Shown here one piece after another: positions 28,418-39,308 of a stretch of 64,000 bases of DNA. Position numbers and translations under genes: made by a program. Below the pieces are notes generated by a model. It saw only the letters and a program-made list of their open reading frames with translations. It ran no database searches and was not told the DNA's origin. The DNA comes from Patescibacteria group bacterium (GTDB taxonomy: Bacteria > Patescibacteriota > Saccharimonadia > CAILAD01 > BJGX01). Location of the stretch: positions 1,706-65,705 of the forward strand of contig JAPLVO010000006.1 of NCBI GenBank assembly GCA_026397045.1, read 5' to 3'. Every line of letters starts with the position of its first letter. Position 1 is the stretch's first letter.

Positions 28418-30816
28418 GGCCAGTATCCTACTCGAATTCTATAAGAGTTTCAAAGGCCAGATTGGCGAGCCATCTTAAGGATGGGTTCACTAAGTCCATT
28501 TTGCTGTTTTCGTGGCTACTTATCGCCCTGGGGGTAACCCTATACATCACCTCTCCGGTGAAACCAGCCATACTGCTAGCTAGCTTGGGTATTGTAGGTC
28601 TAATATTCTCGGTATGGGCAAGATGGGATTTGGGATCGGTAAGGGCAGTCTATAACCCTGATTCGTCAGAAATACTAATTGATGATGTTGCGACCGAGGA
28701 CATCGTATTCCTCGTAAACGATAAACAAAGCCCAAGGCAGGTATTATCGGCAATATCTAGTAATTGGCAGGTAGCATTTATACTCACTAGGTATCAGGTA
28801 GATATAGCTTTATTGGCAAGTTCGGTGTCTAATGACCCAGGCCAGTCCCAGGCTCTATGGAATCGGGCCTTTATGATTGCTGGCCAGGTTCCTATAAAAG
28901 AGATATCCTCCGGGGTTTTATTAGTAGCGATGTTTATTGAAAATCCAATAATGAAAGATTGGCTGCTAAAAAATGGTATGGATGTTCAGGATGTAATTGG
29001 CGGTTTAATGTGGGAGGAATCATTATGGAAGAGGATAATCAGCCCAAAGGCTCAAAATAACTACGGCGGTATTGGGCGCGACTGGTCATCTGGGTATACG
29101 CCAATATTGGACCATTATGGCCAGAATATTAGTATTGCAATAATGGATGGCAAGCAGGACTTCTCGAGTGTTCACAGAGGCAATGTGATAGAGCAAATAC
29201 TCACCAACTTGGCCAAGGCCGATAGGAACAACATTGCCATGGTGGGTGAGGTCGGAGTCGGCAAGACCGCTCTGGTGTATGCCTTAGCAGAAAAGCTGAT
29301 AGACGGCGAAGATGTACCTGACCAACTCAAGTATAAGCAAATTTTCCAAATGGATTCAGGTACCGTGACAGCTTCCGTAAGTAAGAATTTGAGCCTAGAG
29401 CTGATATTTAAGGAAATAATAAGCAATGTATCTAGGGCTGGGAATATAATGATTTATCTAGATGAAGCCCAGTTATTTTTCGGTACGGGGTCTGGCTCAG
29501 TAGATATATCAAGCATACTACTACCCGCCATAAAGGCTACGGGAATCAGTTTAATAGCTAGCTTTTCGCTGGACGACTGGAGTCGACTTAGCTCATCCAA
29601 CCCCAACCTAGCTAGTTTGTTTGCCAGGGTAGATGTCGAGCCTTCTGATAGAGAGCAAACTATCGGCATACTTCAGGATATTTCAATCCAGCTCGAAGCC
29701 AAGAATAAGGCCACTGTGACCTTTAAGGCTTTGCAGTCGGCCTATGATCTTTCAGAGCGTTACTTGCGCAATAAGGCTATGCCGGCAAGGGCGATAGATT
29801 TGCTTAGTGATAGCATGAGCTATGCTTCTGGGGGGCTGGTTACCGCAGAGTCAGTTGCCCGAGCTACCGAAATAATCACTAATACCAAGGTCAGCCAGGC
29901 ATCGGAAGCCGAAAAAACACAACTATTGAATCTGGAAGATTTAATCCATGAAAGAATGATTAATCAGAGTCAGGCTGTCAAGGTGGTATCTGACGCCTTA
30001 AGAAGGTCTAGGGCCGGTGTCCGAAACACTAATCGGCCAGTCGGTAGCTTTTTGTTCCTGGGCCCCACCGGAGTGGGTAAGACAGAACTTACTAAGGCCC
30101 TAGCAGCTGTGTACTACGGTAGTGAAGCCAGCATGAACAGACTAGATATGAGTGAGTACCAAAACAAAAGTGATATTAAGCGCTTGCTTGAATCAGCCGG
30201 CAAGACATCTAGCGGTAGTAGCTTTTTACAAAAGATCAATCAGAACCCATTTAGCGTCGTTTTGCTAGATGAAATTGAAAAGGCTCATCCAGATATCCTT
30301 AATCTTCTCCTTCAAATGCTTGACGAGGGTATGCTCACAGACACTGCTGGCCACAAGATAAGCTTTAAGGAAGCGATAATTATATGTACATCAAATGCTG
30401 GAGCTAACGATATCAGGGCTCAGATATCAGCTGGTAAAAAGCTCGAGGAATTTGAGGAAGAGCTGACAGATAAATTAATTGATCAAAATGTATTTAGGCC
30501 AGAATTAATCAATCGTTTCGATGAGATAGTGCTATTTAGGCCGCTTAATAAGGAGGAACTTTTGCAGGTGGCGAAATTGATTATTAAAGGAGTAAATAAG
30601 CAGCTGGAAGCCAAAAAAGTGACAGTAGTGTTAACCGACCCAGCCATGCTTACGCTAGTAGATCTCGGATATGACCCTCGTTTAGGAGCAAGGCCAATGC
30701 GTAGAGTGATATCTAGGTTGGTTGAAAACAAGGTGGCTCAAAAGCTTTTGAGTGGTGAACTCTCGCCTGGTTCGACCCTTACACTTGATGTAGGTGACCT
30801 AGAAGTTGTAGTATAG
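28414..30816 (+). CDS. ClpA/B/C-family double AAA+ ATPase with N-terminal TM segments
   Basis: GEVGVGKT/YLDE and GPTGVGKT/LLDEIEKAHPD, FRPELINRFDE, GARPMRR. Confidence 0.92.
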   Translation: MRPVSYSNSIRVSKARLASHLKDGFTKSILLFSWLLIALGVTLYITSPVKPAILLASLGIVGLIFSVWARWDLGSVRAVYNPDSSEILIDDVATEDIVFLVNDKQSPRQVLSAISSNWQVAFILTRYQVDIALLASSVSNDPGQSQALWNRAFMIAGQVPIKEISSGVLLVAMFIENPIMKDWLLKNGMDVQDVIGGLMWEESLWKRIISPKAQNNYGGIGRDWSSGYTPILDHYGQNISIAIMDGKQDFSSVHRGNVIEQILTNLAKADRNNIAMVGEVGVGKTALVYALAEKLIDGEDVPDQLKYKQIFQMDSGTVTASVSKNLSLELIFKEIISNVSRAGNIMIYLDEAQLFFGTGSGSVDISSILLPAIKATGISLIASFSLDDWSRLSSSNPNLASLFARVDVEPSDREQTIGILQDISIQLEAKNKATVTFKALQSAYDLSERYLRNKAMPARAIDLLSDSMSYASGGLVTAESVARATEIITNTKVSQASEAEKTQLLNLEDLIHERMINQSQAVKVVSDALRRSRAGVRNTNRPVGSFLFLGPTGVGKTELTKALAAVYYGSEASMNRLDMSEYQNKSDIKRLLESAGKTSSGSSFLQKINQNPFSVVLLDEIEKAHPDILNLLLQMLDEGMLTDTAGHKISFKEAIIICTSNAGANDIRAQISAGKKLEEFEEELTDKLIDQNVFRPELINRFDEIVLFRPLNKEELLQVAKLIIKGVNKQLEAKKVTVVLTDPAMLTLVDLGYDPRLGARPMRRVISRLVENKVAQKLLSGELSPGSTLTLDVGDLEVVV

Positions 30817-30821
30817 AGACT

Positions 30822-31238
30822 ATGCCCCAATCAGTATTCACTAAAATTAAGAACAAAGAGGTGCCTGGCGTGATCCTTTATGACGACGGTAAATGCTTTG
30901 TGATTCTTTCGAATATGCCCCATGCCCCAGGTCACTTATTGGTAATACCGGTCGAGGAGATGGATAGTTGGCAGGACCTTGATACCAAAAGTTTCTTGCA
31001 CTTAATGGAAGTCGCTCAATACTTCGGCAGGGCCACCAAAGAGATCTATAGCCCACCGAAAGTTAGTTTGGTGGCCATTGGTTTTGAGGTCCCCCATGTG
31101 CATATTCACATATTTTCCTTATTTGGGGTGTCTGGTGCTGATCATACTAAGGCCAGCGCCGCTAATATGGAAGAACTTAGCAAAGAAGCCCTAAAGTTCG
31201 AAAAATATCTAAAGAAGACCAAAGGTAAGGTCTTATGA
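30822..31238 (+). CDS. HIT family protein
   Basis: GHLLVIP, GFEVPHVHIH. Confidence 0.93.
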   Translation: MPQSVFTKIKNKEVPGVILYDDGKCFVILSNMPHAPGHLLVIPVEEMDSWQDLDTKSFLHLMEVAQYFGRATKEIYSPPKVSLVAIGFEVPHVHIHIFSLFGVSGADHTKASAANMEELSKEALKFEKYLKKTKGKVL

Positions 31239-32023
31239 TGGCCGTATTGGTGGTTGTAACACTAGCTATACTCCAGGGCCTTACAGAGTTCTTGCCGATA
31301 TCGAGCTCTGGTCACTTGTTCCTGCTCCCCTGGGCCTTTAACCTGCCTAATCCAGGGCTATCCTTTGACGCCGCGATACATATCGGCACAGCCCTAGCAC
31401 TACTGATATTTTTCTGGAAAGATTTCTATAATCTTGTCAAAAAGCGAGATAAGCTAATAATTTATATATTAGTTGCCTCTATCCCAGCAGCGATAGTTGG
31501 GTTTCTGGGAGATAAATACATCGAGAAGTACTTATATCAGTCTAGTACGGCGCCGCTTGTTATCGGAATTGGACTAATTTTTTATGGAATAGTTATGTAT
31601 GTTATCGATCGAAATGCAAAACTGAAGGACGACATAAGCAGTGTCGGCGGTAAAAAGGCCTTAATTATTGGCTTTGCCCAAGTTCTGGCACTTATCCCCG
31701 GAACATCGCGTTCTGGTATTACAATATCTGCAGGTGAGTTCCTTGGTCTGAACCGCGAGTCAGCTGCTCGATTTAGCTTTCTATTGGCGACTCCGATATC
31801 TATGGGAGCGGGGCTATACAAATTCGGCCAGATTGTGTCTCAGCCCAGTGGCGGAGTTTCGATATGGCTGACGGTTTTAGGTATCGTAGTGGCTTTCTTT
31901 ACTGGCCTGGTAGTAATTAAGTGGCTACTGGAATACCTCAAAAGCCATTCTCTCTTGGTCTTCGTTTTATACCGTTTCGCTTTAGGATCCGCAGTGATAG
32001 CTCTATGGCTGGTAAAGGGTTAA
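31235..32023 (+). CDS. uppP: Undecaprenyl-diphosphate phosphatase
   Basis: QGLTEFLPISSSGH, LIPGTSRSGIT, AARFSFLL. Confidence 0.95.
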   Translation: MMAVLVVVTLAILQGLTEFLPISSSGHLFLLPWAFNLPNPGLSFDAAIHIGTALALLIFFWKDFYNLVKKRDKLIIYILVASIPAAIVGFLGDKYIEKYLYQSSTAPLVIGIGLIFYGIVMYVIDRNAKLKDDISSVGGKKALIIGFAQVLALIPGTSRSGITISAGEFLGLNRESAARFSFLLATPISMGAGLYKFGQIVSQPSGGVSIWLTVLGIVVAFFTGLVVIKWLLEYLKSHSLLVFVLYRFALGSAVIALWLVKG

Positions 32024-32024
32024 T

Positions 32025-32423
32025 ATGCGCTTAATAGTATACTGCGATGGCGGTTCAAGAGGTAATCCTGGCCCATCGGCTCTAGGTGTTGTCATAAAAA
32101 CATCAAAGGGTGAAATAATCGAAGAGATAGGTGAGTATCTGGGTGTACAGACCAATAATTTTGCCGAATATAGTGCAGTAGTAAGAGCCCTTGAGAGGCT
32201 AAATGAGATGAAGGTCTTGGAGGCTGATTTTTTCTTGGATAGCGAGCTAATAGTTAGGCAATTAAATGGTATCTATAAGGTCAAGAATGCCAATATAAAA
32301 CCCCTCAACAGTAGGGTTGTTGAGTTATGTAGTGGCATGGATACCACTTTTACTCATGTTTACCGCCAAGATAACAAGCAAGCTGATGCCGTCGTTAATG
32401 ATGTTTTAGATAGTATTAAATAG
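32025..32423 (+). CDS. Ribonuclease HI family protein
   Basis: DGGSRGNPGP, TNNFAEY, DSELIVRQ, HVYR..NK.AD. Confidence 0.92.
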   Translation: MRLIVYCDGGSRGNPGPSALGVVIKTSKGEIIEEIGEYLGVQTNNFAEYSAVVRALERLNEMKVLEADFFLDSELIVRQLNGIYKVKNANIKPLNSRVVELCSGMDTTFTHVYRQDNKQADAVVNDVLDSIK

Positions 32424-32456
32424 ACATTTACTTATAAATATCGTATAATATTATAC

Positions 32457-32863
32457 ACTGCAAGTTAGTGGATGGCTGCTCGTTTATAGCGAGAGGAAAG
32501 TCCGAACAGCATACAGCAACGGTAGTCGTTAACTGCGACCGGGAGTGATCCTCGGGAAAGTGCCACAGAGACTATTCCGCCTCAATTTTTTATTGGGGTA
32601 AGGGTGAAAAGAGTGGGGTAAGAGCCCACAGTACAGATAAGTGATTATCTGTAGAGGTAAACCCTACCGGCTGCAAGATTATGGGCCCTTCCGCTTGTCG
32701 GAAAGACTGCTTGTCTTCTTATGGGTATATCGCGCCATGTGGCAACACAGGTTTGCTGGCTTTTAGCCAGCCCAAGATAGATGGTCATCACCCCTCATCT
32801 TGATTCTGGAGTCCCAGCATCAAGATGAGGGGTACAAAATTCGGCTTATAGCTAGCTTGCAGT
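32457..32863 (+). ncRNA. rnpB: RNase P RNA
   Basis: GAGGAAAGTCC, GAAAGTGCCACAGA, GGGTGAAA..GGGGTAAGAGCCCAC, GGTAAACCC, ACAAAATTCGGCTTAT; P1 ACTGCAAGTTAG/CTAGCTTGCAGT. Confidence 0.96.
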
Positions 32864-32929
32864 AACAAATATCATTCGCATGGTTAATCTAGGCGAATGA
32901 TATTTGTTAAAAATGGTACAATAACAACT

Positions 32930-34351
32930 ATGAGAAAACGCAGTGAATTATTGATATCATTAATTCAGATACCAGTTGACTACATTATGCTGGTAGTTAG
33001 CTTTACTTTGGCTTACTTCTTGAGGCAGGGTAGCGGCAAGCCATTCTCGGGGATTATTAGTGGTTATGCATATTTAGACCTAGTGATGTTGTTTTTACCC
33101 ATATGGCTAATTATATTCGCCGGCGCAGGGCTTTACAGGATACGCTCAGATCGAGGCAATTGGGTGGATATAGGTAAGATATTCGTGGCTTGTGCTGCAG
33201 GCGTTATGGTACTTATTGTAATCGACTTTCTAAGCCCCTCTCCCATATTCCCAGCTAAAATCGTACCAATCTATGGCTTCGTGCTCTCTGTAGTTCTAGT
33301 GAGCTTAGGAAGGCTCATAATGACTTTGATTCAACGGACCCTGGCGCTGCGAGGGATCGGAGTATACAGAGTTCTTTTTATAGGTAGTGGAAGAAATGCA
33401 GTAGAGTTAAAATCCACACTGAAGCAGTTTAAGAGGCGATATCAGGTAGTATCTAGTATTTCATCATTATCAGAGGTCAGTACCTCGAAACTTTCAAATA
33501 TTATCAGCCTTAAGCATGTAGATATTATCATGGTGGCTGATCCCTCGACCAACGAAGAAAACCTATTAGAAATTCTGGCTTTTTGTCAGCAAAATCACAT
33601 CGGCTATCAGTTTTCACCAACGATATCAGGGCTTTACACCTCCAATATCCTCTCCACCCAGATTGGTTCGATCCCAATCCTTGAGCTTAGGCCCACACCC
33701 TTGGAGGGATGGGGCAGGATTCTAAAAAGATTATTCGATTTAATTGTCACTTTGATAATTATAATTCCAGTTCTACCGGTATTGGCCTTGCTTTATCTGA
33801 TTATAAAGGCCACTGACCCTGGTCCAGCAATTTATTCCCACGAATGTTTTGGCAGAACTGGCAACAAGATTAATGTATACAAATTGAGGACAATGAAGGC
33901 AGAATTCAGTATTGGGCCAAAATTTGCTGGGCGTACCATTCAGGAGGTATTGAAGCTTTTACCCAAGGACAAGGCCGATGAATATAGGGCCACAGCCAAA
34001 ATTAAAGACGATCCAAGGGTTGGCCGATTCGGCCGGTTCTTGCGCCGAACTAGCCTTGATGAACTCCCGCAACTTTTTAATGTTCTCAAGGGGGATCTAA
34101 GCCTAGTAGGCCCTAGGCCTTTACCCGAATCTGAGCTGGGTTTGCTGGGGGGCAAGCAAAATCTGGCTAGAATTGTAGCCATAAGGCCAGGTATTACCGG
34201 CCTCTGGCAAGTCTCTGGTAGAAATGATCTTGAATATTATGAACGAGTAAAACTGAATTTATATTACATTGATAACTGGTCTTTGTGGCTAGATATCAAG
34301 ATAATATTCAAGACGATTTGGCAGGCGGTAATAGGCAGTAATGGAGTATAA
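32930..34351 (+). CDS. Polyprenyl glycosylphosphotransferase (WcaJ/WbaP-like sugar transferase)
   Basis: KRLFD, YKLRTM, DDPRV..GRFLRRTSLDELPQLFNV..GDLSLVGPRP, PGITGLWQVSGR. Confidence 0.93.
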   Translation: MRKRSELLISLIQIPVDYIMLVVSFTLAYFLRQGSGKPFSGIISGYAYLDLVMLFLPIWLIIFAGAGLYRIRSDRGNWVDIGKIFVACAAGVMVLIVIDFLSPSPIFPAKIVPIYGFVLSVVLVSLGRLIMTLIQRTLALRGIGVYRVLFIGSGRNAVELKSTLKQFKRRYQVVSSISSLSEVSTSKLSNIISLKHVDIIMVADPSTNEENLLEILAFCQQNHIGYQFSPTISGLYTSNILSTQIGSIPILELRPTPLEGWGRILKRLFDLIVTLIIIIPVLPVLALLYLIIKATDPGPAIYSHECFGRTGNKINVYKLRTMKAEFSIGPKFAGRTIQEVLKLLPKDKADEYRATAKIKDDPRVGRFGRFLRRTSLDELPQLFNVLKGDLSLVGPRPLPESELGLLGGKQNLARIVAIRPGITGLWQVSGRNDLEYYERVKLNLYYIDNWSLWLDIKIIFKTIWQAVIGSNGV

Positions 34352-35474
34352 AAAAAGTCTTTCAGGCCTGAAGGTAGCTATAGTACACGACTGGATGGTG
34401 GGCTTAGGTGGCGCCGAAAGAGTTGTAGGAAGTATGCTGAAGCTATTGCCACAGGCCGACATCTATACTAGCGTGTACTCACCAGATAAGCTGCAGTTAT
34501 TTGCTGGCCACAAGATCAATACGACATTTCTGCAGAATTGGCCTTTGTCACGGAGCAAACATCAGCTATTCTCAGCCCTTAGGCCTCTCGCATTCGAGAG
34601 TTTAGATTTAAGCAATTACGACCTAGTCTTATCTAGCTCAAGCGCAGAATCTAAAGGAGTGATCACCCCCACCTCGACACTCCATATAAGCTATATTCAT
34701 ACCCCTACAAGGTACTATTGGAGCGGGTATAGTGATTATTTGGCAGAGCCGGGCTTTGGAGTGTTAAATCCGATAGTAAGGTTACTCATGCCTAGTTTAG
34801 TTCGCCGACTCCGTAAATGGGACTTTGCCGCCGCGCAGAGGCCTGATTATTTGGTGGCAAATTCTAATGTTGTCTCGGCCAGGATTAGTGAGTATTATAA
34901 TCGCCCAAGCCAAACGATCAGGCCTCCTGTAGACACAGATCGCTTCAGGAACGACAGGGAGAATCAGCAAGGGGATTATCTATTGGTTGTATCCAGGCTA
35001 GTGCCCTATAAGAGGGTTGATTTGGCCGTCAAGGCCTGTAATAAATTAGGCTTAAAGCTAATTGTAGCTGGCCGAGGGCCAGAGCTCTCTAGGCTTAAAA
35101 AGCTTGCTGGTAGTACGGTTAGCTTTGTGGAGAGCCCGTCTGATAGCCAGATAACCAAGCTGTATTTAGGTGCCCGTGGCTTCATATTCTCTGCTGAAGA
35201 AGACTTCGGGATTACTCCTGTCGAGGCGATGTCAGCTGGACTACCGGTGATTTGCTTTGGCGAGGCTGGCGCCACAGAGACGGTCATTGATGGGGCTACT
35301 GGGGTTTATCATGCCAATCAGACCGTCGCTAGCCTTGTCGAGGCGATAGGTAAATTCGAAGCTACCAAGTTTGATCGCGGCACGATAGTTAAAAGAGCAA
35401 AGATGTTCTCAGAGAGCAGGTTTTTAGACGAGTTAGGAGGATACATTGCCGATAAGATCTCAAAAAAACCATAG
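34341..35474 (+). CDS. Glycosyltransferase family 4 (WbaZ-like)
   Basis: HDWMVGLGGAERV, HTPTRY, SRLVPYKR, EEDFGITPVEAM. Confidence 0.92.
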   Translation: MEYKKSLSGLKVAIVHDWMVGLGGAERVVGSMLKLLPQADIYTSVYSPDKLQLFAGHKINTTFLQNWPLSRSKHQLFSALRPLAFESLDLSNYDLVLSSSSAESKGVITPTSTLHISYIHTPTRYYWSGYSDYLAEPGFGVLNPIVRLLMPSLVRRLRKWDFAAAQRPDYLVANSNVVSARISEYYNRPSQTIRPPVDTDRFRNDRENQQGDYLLVVSRLVPYKRVDLAVKACNKLGLKLIVAGRGPELSRLKKLAGSTVSFVESPSDSQITKLYLGARGFIFSAEEDFGITPVEAMSAGLPVICFGEAGATETVIDGATGVYHANQTVASLVEAIGKFEATKFDRGTIVKRAKMFSESRFLDELGGYIADKISKKP

Positions 35475-36814
35475 AGCCGTCAAGTTAGTATTGTCTGGGC
35501 TAATGGTAGTTACTCTGTTGGTGCTGGCTTCTTTAGTGCCATCTGTGATAGATAAAGTTGTGATTAATACAACTAAAATAAACGACTACAGAGTTATATC
35601 CAACAATTTGTTAGGCCTTGATAAGCCCGTAAACATACTTTTGCTTTTTGAGAATAACGCTGAAGATAAAACCAGAGCCCGTTAGATCGGTTTATTATTA
35701 CGACTACAAGTTTAAAGAGGTAAACTATGTAGAGCCTGCTCCGGACGCCAAGGGCGAACCAATGCTTTATACCCTACGAGACAGTGGCCAGAGCCTAGAT
35801 TGGCCAGCCAATGCAAAGCGAGCAAAGACTATATTTAGCCGTGAATCCGGACTGGAAGTTGATATAGTTGTCGCAATTACACCAGAAATACTTAAGCAGC
35901 TAATTTCAGATACGGGCCCTATTGTTCTTGAAGGTTATGGCCTAACCGTAACCGCTGATAATATTACTCAGACCCTTCAGCTAGAAGTTGAGTCCGGCCA
36001 GGATAAGGTGGAAAGGAAGGACCCCAAAACGGTCCTATCTAGCGTAGCAAATGAGCTAATAAAGAGACTAAGTGAAAAGTCAGTCAATGATCTAACAAAA
36101 ATTGGTTCCAGCCTAAGAGACCAGGCAAAGCAGAGGCAGATATTGGTCTATGGTAGTAATTATGATCTAGCTGAAAGCTTATCCAGGCTTGGGTATGATG
36201 GGTCCTTGGTGGCATTTGAATCAGATTACTTCTTGCTAACAGAGAATAATTATAGCGTCGACAAAAGTAACGCTTTTATAACTAGACAGCTTGACCGTAA
36301 GCTAGCTATCGACCCAGATGGCAGCGTGACTGTAGATGTCAAACTGACACGGACCCAGAACTTGGAGCAATCATTCCCTTATGTCGACCCAGTTGATCAA
36401 GGCACCACATTCTTGGTTAAGAGTAATAAGAGTTACATGAAGTTTGCCGTCCCAGCTGGCTCCAAGCTGGATTCAACAAAGTCAAATATAGATATAGAGT
36501 ACAAGGGTAAAGAACGAGGGTATGATGTTTATGGCTTTAATAGCGAGCTAGTACCGCTGGAACCTTCAGAGTATACTTTCAGCTACAAATTACCATATAT
36601 CTTAGCCGATGACGACACTATGACCTTGAATTCATTTATCCAGCTTCAGAATGGTGGCTGGCCATACCAAATAAGAAACAGTGTCGTGGTGCCAAAGGAG
36701 TGGCAATTAAGCGCATCAAACAAGAAAGACCTATTTTATGACCAAGGATCGGTTGTGTATGATAGTATTATTGATAGAGACTTATACATGAGTTACATAT
36801 ATGTTAAAAAATAA
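35446..36814 (+). CDS. DUF4012-like protein, split by deletion/frameshift at ~35664
   Basis: First ORF ends LLLFENNAE (family pattern LFQNNAELRPTGG). Second ORF has LRDS..LDWP and DIVVAITP. Confidence 0.65.
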
Positions 36815-37502
36815 ACCAACAGATGCCATAACGCTAGGGGATCTTAGCAAGCGCTTCGATGACGAGGCCGGTATATATGATGCCTTGAAGGGTATCGACT
36901 TAACTGTACATAAAGGTGAGTTTGTGGCAATCATGGGCCCATCAGGATCGGGTAAATCGACCCTAATGAATATAATAGGCTTATTGGATCGGCCGACTCA
37001 GGGGACCTATTTGCTTGATGGCGTAGACACTAACTCCCTCAGCAATCAGGATCTTGCCAAGCTGCGCAGAGATAAGATCGGTTTCGTATTTCAAAACTTT
37101 AATTTATTGCCCAGACTAAATATCAGGCAAAATGTAGAAATGCCGTTGATTTATAAGCGGGTAGCGGCTAAAGAGCGTGAGGATAAGGTTATTAAAGCCC
37201 TTTCGAGTGTCGGCCTATTAGATAAGATCAACAATAGGCCCAATAGGATGAGTGGAGGTCAGATTCAAAGAGCTGCAATCGCCAGGGCCCTTATTAATGA
37301 CCCAAGTATTATTTTGGCAGATGAGCCAACTGGTAATCTGGATACCAAAACTGGCAAAGAAATTATGAATATAATAAAGTCGCTTAACAACAAAGGGGCA
37401 ACAATCATACTCGTGACTCATAACCCCGAGGTAAGCCATTTTGCGGATCGAACCATAGTGGTGCGGGATGGCCTTATAAAAGCAGGGGGAGCTGTAGAAT
37501 GA
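36801..37502 (+). CDS. ABC transporter ATP-binding protein (MacB/LolD type)
   Basis: GPSGSGKST, MSGGQ.QR, ILADEPTGNLD, VTH. Confidence 0.95.
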   Translation: MLKNKPTDAITLGDLSKRFDDEAGIYDALKGIDLTVHKGEFVAIMGPSGSGKSTLMNIIGLLDRPTQGTYLLDGVDTNSLSNQDLAKLRRDKIGFVFQNFNLLPRLNIRQNVEMPLIYKRVAAKEREDKVIKALSSVGLLDKINNRPNRMSGGQIQRAAIARALINDPSIILADEPTGNLDTKTGKEIMNIIKSLNNKGATIILVTHNPEVSHFADRTIVVRDGLIKAGGAVE

Positions 37503-38740
37503 TCTGGCAGAATATCAAAAATGCCCTAATATCTATTAGGTCTGCCAAGCTTAGATCGTTTTTGACCGTGATGGGCGTGGTCATTGGCGTTTTTGCAGTT
37601 TTAGTTATGGTCGCAGCCGGAGATGGGGTAAAGGCTCAGATAGGCGGCCAGGTATCTAGCCTGGGAACTAATGTGCTAACTATCACATCGGGTAAAGTCG
37701 GCCAGTCCAGCACTGCAAAGAATGGCCAGCAGCAGAAATCCTCGGGTCTTAATTTATCGAGTGCTTTAGGCGCGAGTACGCTTACGAGCATTGATTTACG
37801 AACTGTCGAGGAAACTAAAGATGTTGTAAAAGTATCTAGCTTTAGTATTATTTCAACTTCTGTCTCGAGAGCCAATCTTAGCAGTAGTACAGCAGTGGTG
37901 GTAGCCACCGATCCAAACTATTTTGATATCAGGAGTATCAAGCTGTCCCAGGGTAGAGCTATAAGTGACGAAGATATGGAGCGGTCAAATCAGGTTGTAG
38001 TTATTGGGCCTGATACCAAATCTAACCTCTTTGGAGACCAGGATCCGATCGGCCAGAGCATTAGCTTGAGAGGAAAGGATTATGAGGTAGTGGGTGTCAC
38101 TGCCAAATCTGATGGTGGCGTAAGTATTGGCTCTAGCTCTGACGATATTATTTTACTTCCTTCGACTTCTGCAGAGTTGCTGCTCGGTAAGCTAGATATT
38201 TACAGAATTATCGCTCAGGTAAATGACGCTGACAATGTCGACTCTGTTAAGGCATCACTGGAGCAGTCGATAACACAGAATCATTCAGGAAGTAACGATT
38301 TTAGTGTCCTTACCCAAGAAGACCTACTAAGCACATTTAATAGTATCCTAGATGTCTTGACTACATTCGTAGTAGCTATAGCAGCGATCAGCCTACTAGT
38401 AGGGGGTATAGGCATAATGAATATTATGTTGGTGACTGTGACGGAGAGGACCAGGGAAATCGGTATTCGCAAGGCTCTGGGTGCAACTTTTGGAAATATT
38501 ATGGGTCAGTTTTTAATGGAGTCAATTATTATATCTCTGATCGGAGGTCTGCTCGGGCTCCTGCTATCCTATTTAGCCGGGTTTGTCATCAAAGAGCTAG
38601 CTGACATCACACCAGTGTATAGCCTTAAAGCGCTAGTGGTGGCCTTAGGGGTAAGTTTAACCATCGGGATAGTGTTTGGAACAGCCCCTGCCGTTAAGGC
38701 GGCCAGAAAGAGCCCCATACAGGCTCTTAAGTCCCTCTAG
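37499..38740 (+). CDS. ABC transporter permease (MacB/FtsX type)
   Basis: LRSFLT.MGVVIGV, ISLLVGGIGIMNIMLVTVTERTREIGIRKALGA. Confidence 0.95.
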   Translation: MIWQNIKNALISIRSAKLRSFLTVMGVVIGVFAVLVMVAAGDGVKAQIGGQVSSLGTNVLTITSGKVGQSSTAKNGQQQKSSGLNLSSALGASTLTSIDLRTVEETKDVVKVSSFSIISTSVSRANLSSSTAVVVATDPNYFDIRSIKLSQGRAISDEDMERSNQVVVIGPDTKSNLFGDQDPIGQSISLRGKDYEVVGVTAKSDGGVSIGSSSDDIILLPSTSAELLLGKLDIYRIIAQVNDADNVDSVKASLEQSITQNHSGSNDFSVLTQEDLLSTFNSILDVLTTFVVAIAAISLLVGGIGIMNIMLVTVTERTREIGIRKALGATFGNIMGQFLMESIIISLIGGLLGLLLSYLAGFVIKELADITPVYSLKALVVALGVSLTIGIVFGTAPAVKAARKSPIQALKSL

Positions 38741-38770
38741 CTATTAAAATAAATAGAAATGCTTCGCGAA

Positions 38771-39112
38771 CTACTTACTAGCTTTTACAATTTCTGCAAA
38801 GGCCTTAGGTTGGCTCACTGCTAGCTCGGAGAGTATTTTGCGGTTTATAGAAATATTTGACTTTTTAAGGTCAGCTATAAAGATCGAGTAAGTAGTCTCG
38901 TTGATCTTAGCGGCAGCTGATATCCTTGTTATCCATAGGCTTCTGAAATCACGCTTTTTATTGCGTCGATCTCGGTACTGGTAACTTAGTGCCTTAATTA
39001 CAGCTTCATTGGCTTTCCTATAGGAGCTTCGTCTTATTTTGGAATAGCCCTTCGTGAGCTTTAGTATCTTCTTGTGTCGTTTGTGGGCTGTAACGCCTCT
39101 TTTTACTCTCAT
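38771..39112 (-). CDS. rplT: 50S ribosomal protein L20
   Basis: [34 protein letters not shown]. Confidence 0.97.
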   Translation of the reverse strand: MRVKRGVTAHKRHKKILKLTKGYSKIRRSSYRKANEAVIKALSYQYRDRRNKKRDFRSLWITRISAAAKINETTYSIFIADLKKSNISINRKILSELAVSQPKAFAEIVKASK

Positions 39113-39113
39113 G

Positions 39114-39308
39114 CTAAACTCCTAGGGCCCTTTTAATATTTCTTACATCAGATTCGGACGCAGGCATATCCATCGAGTAGGCTCGCTTGCGGCTGGCAGA
39201 CTTTTTAGTCTTAAGGTGCCCACGGGTAGCCTTAAGTCGCATCACTTTGCCGCTGGCTGTAATTTTGAATCTTTTGGCTGTGGTTTTACTTGTTTTAATC
39301 TTTGGCAT
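39114..39308 (-). CDS. rpmI: 50S ribosomal protein L35
   Basis: [18 protein letters not shown]; infC-rpmI-rplT order. Confidence 0.95.
   Translation of the reverse strand: MPKIKTSKTTAKRFKITASGKVMRLKATRGHLKTKKSASRKRAYSMDMPASESDVRNIKRALGV

Noticed and set aside
1660-35700. Programmed ribosomal frameshifting at the mnmG, thrS and DUF4012 breaks
   Set aside because: No slippery heptamers, and conserved residues are physically missing, which frameshifting cannot restore.
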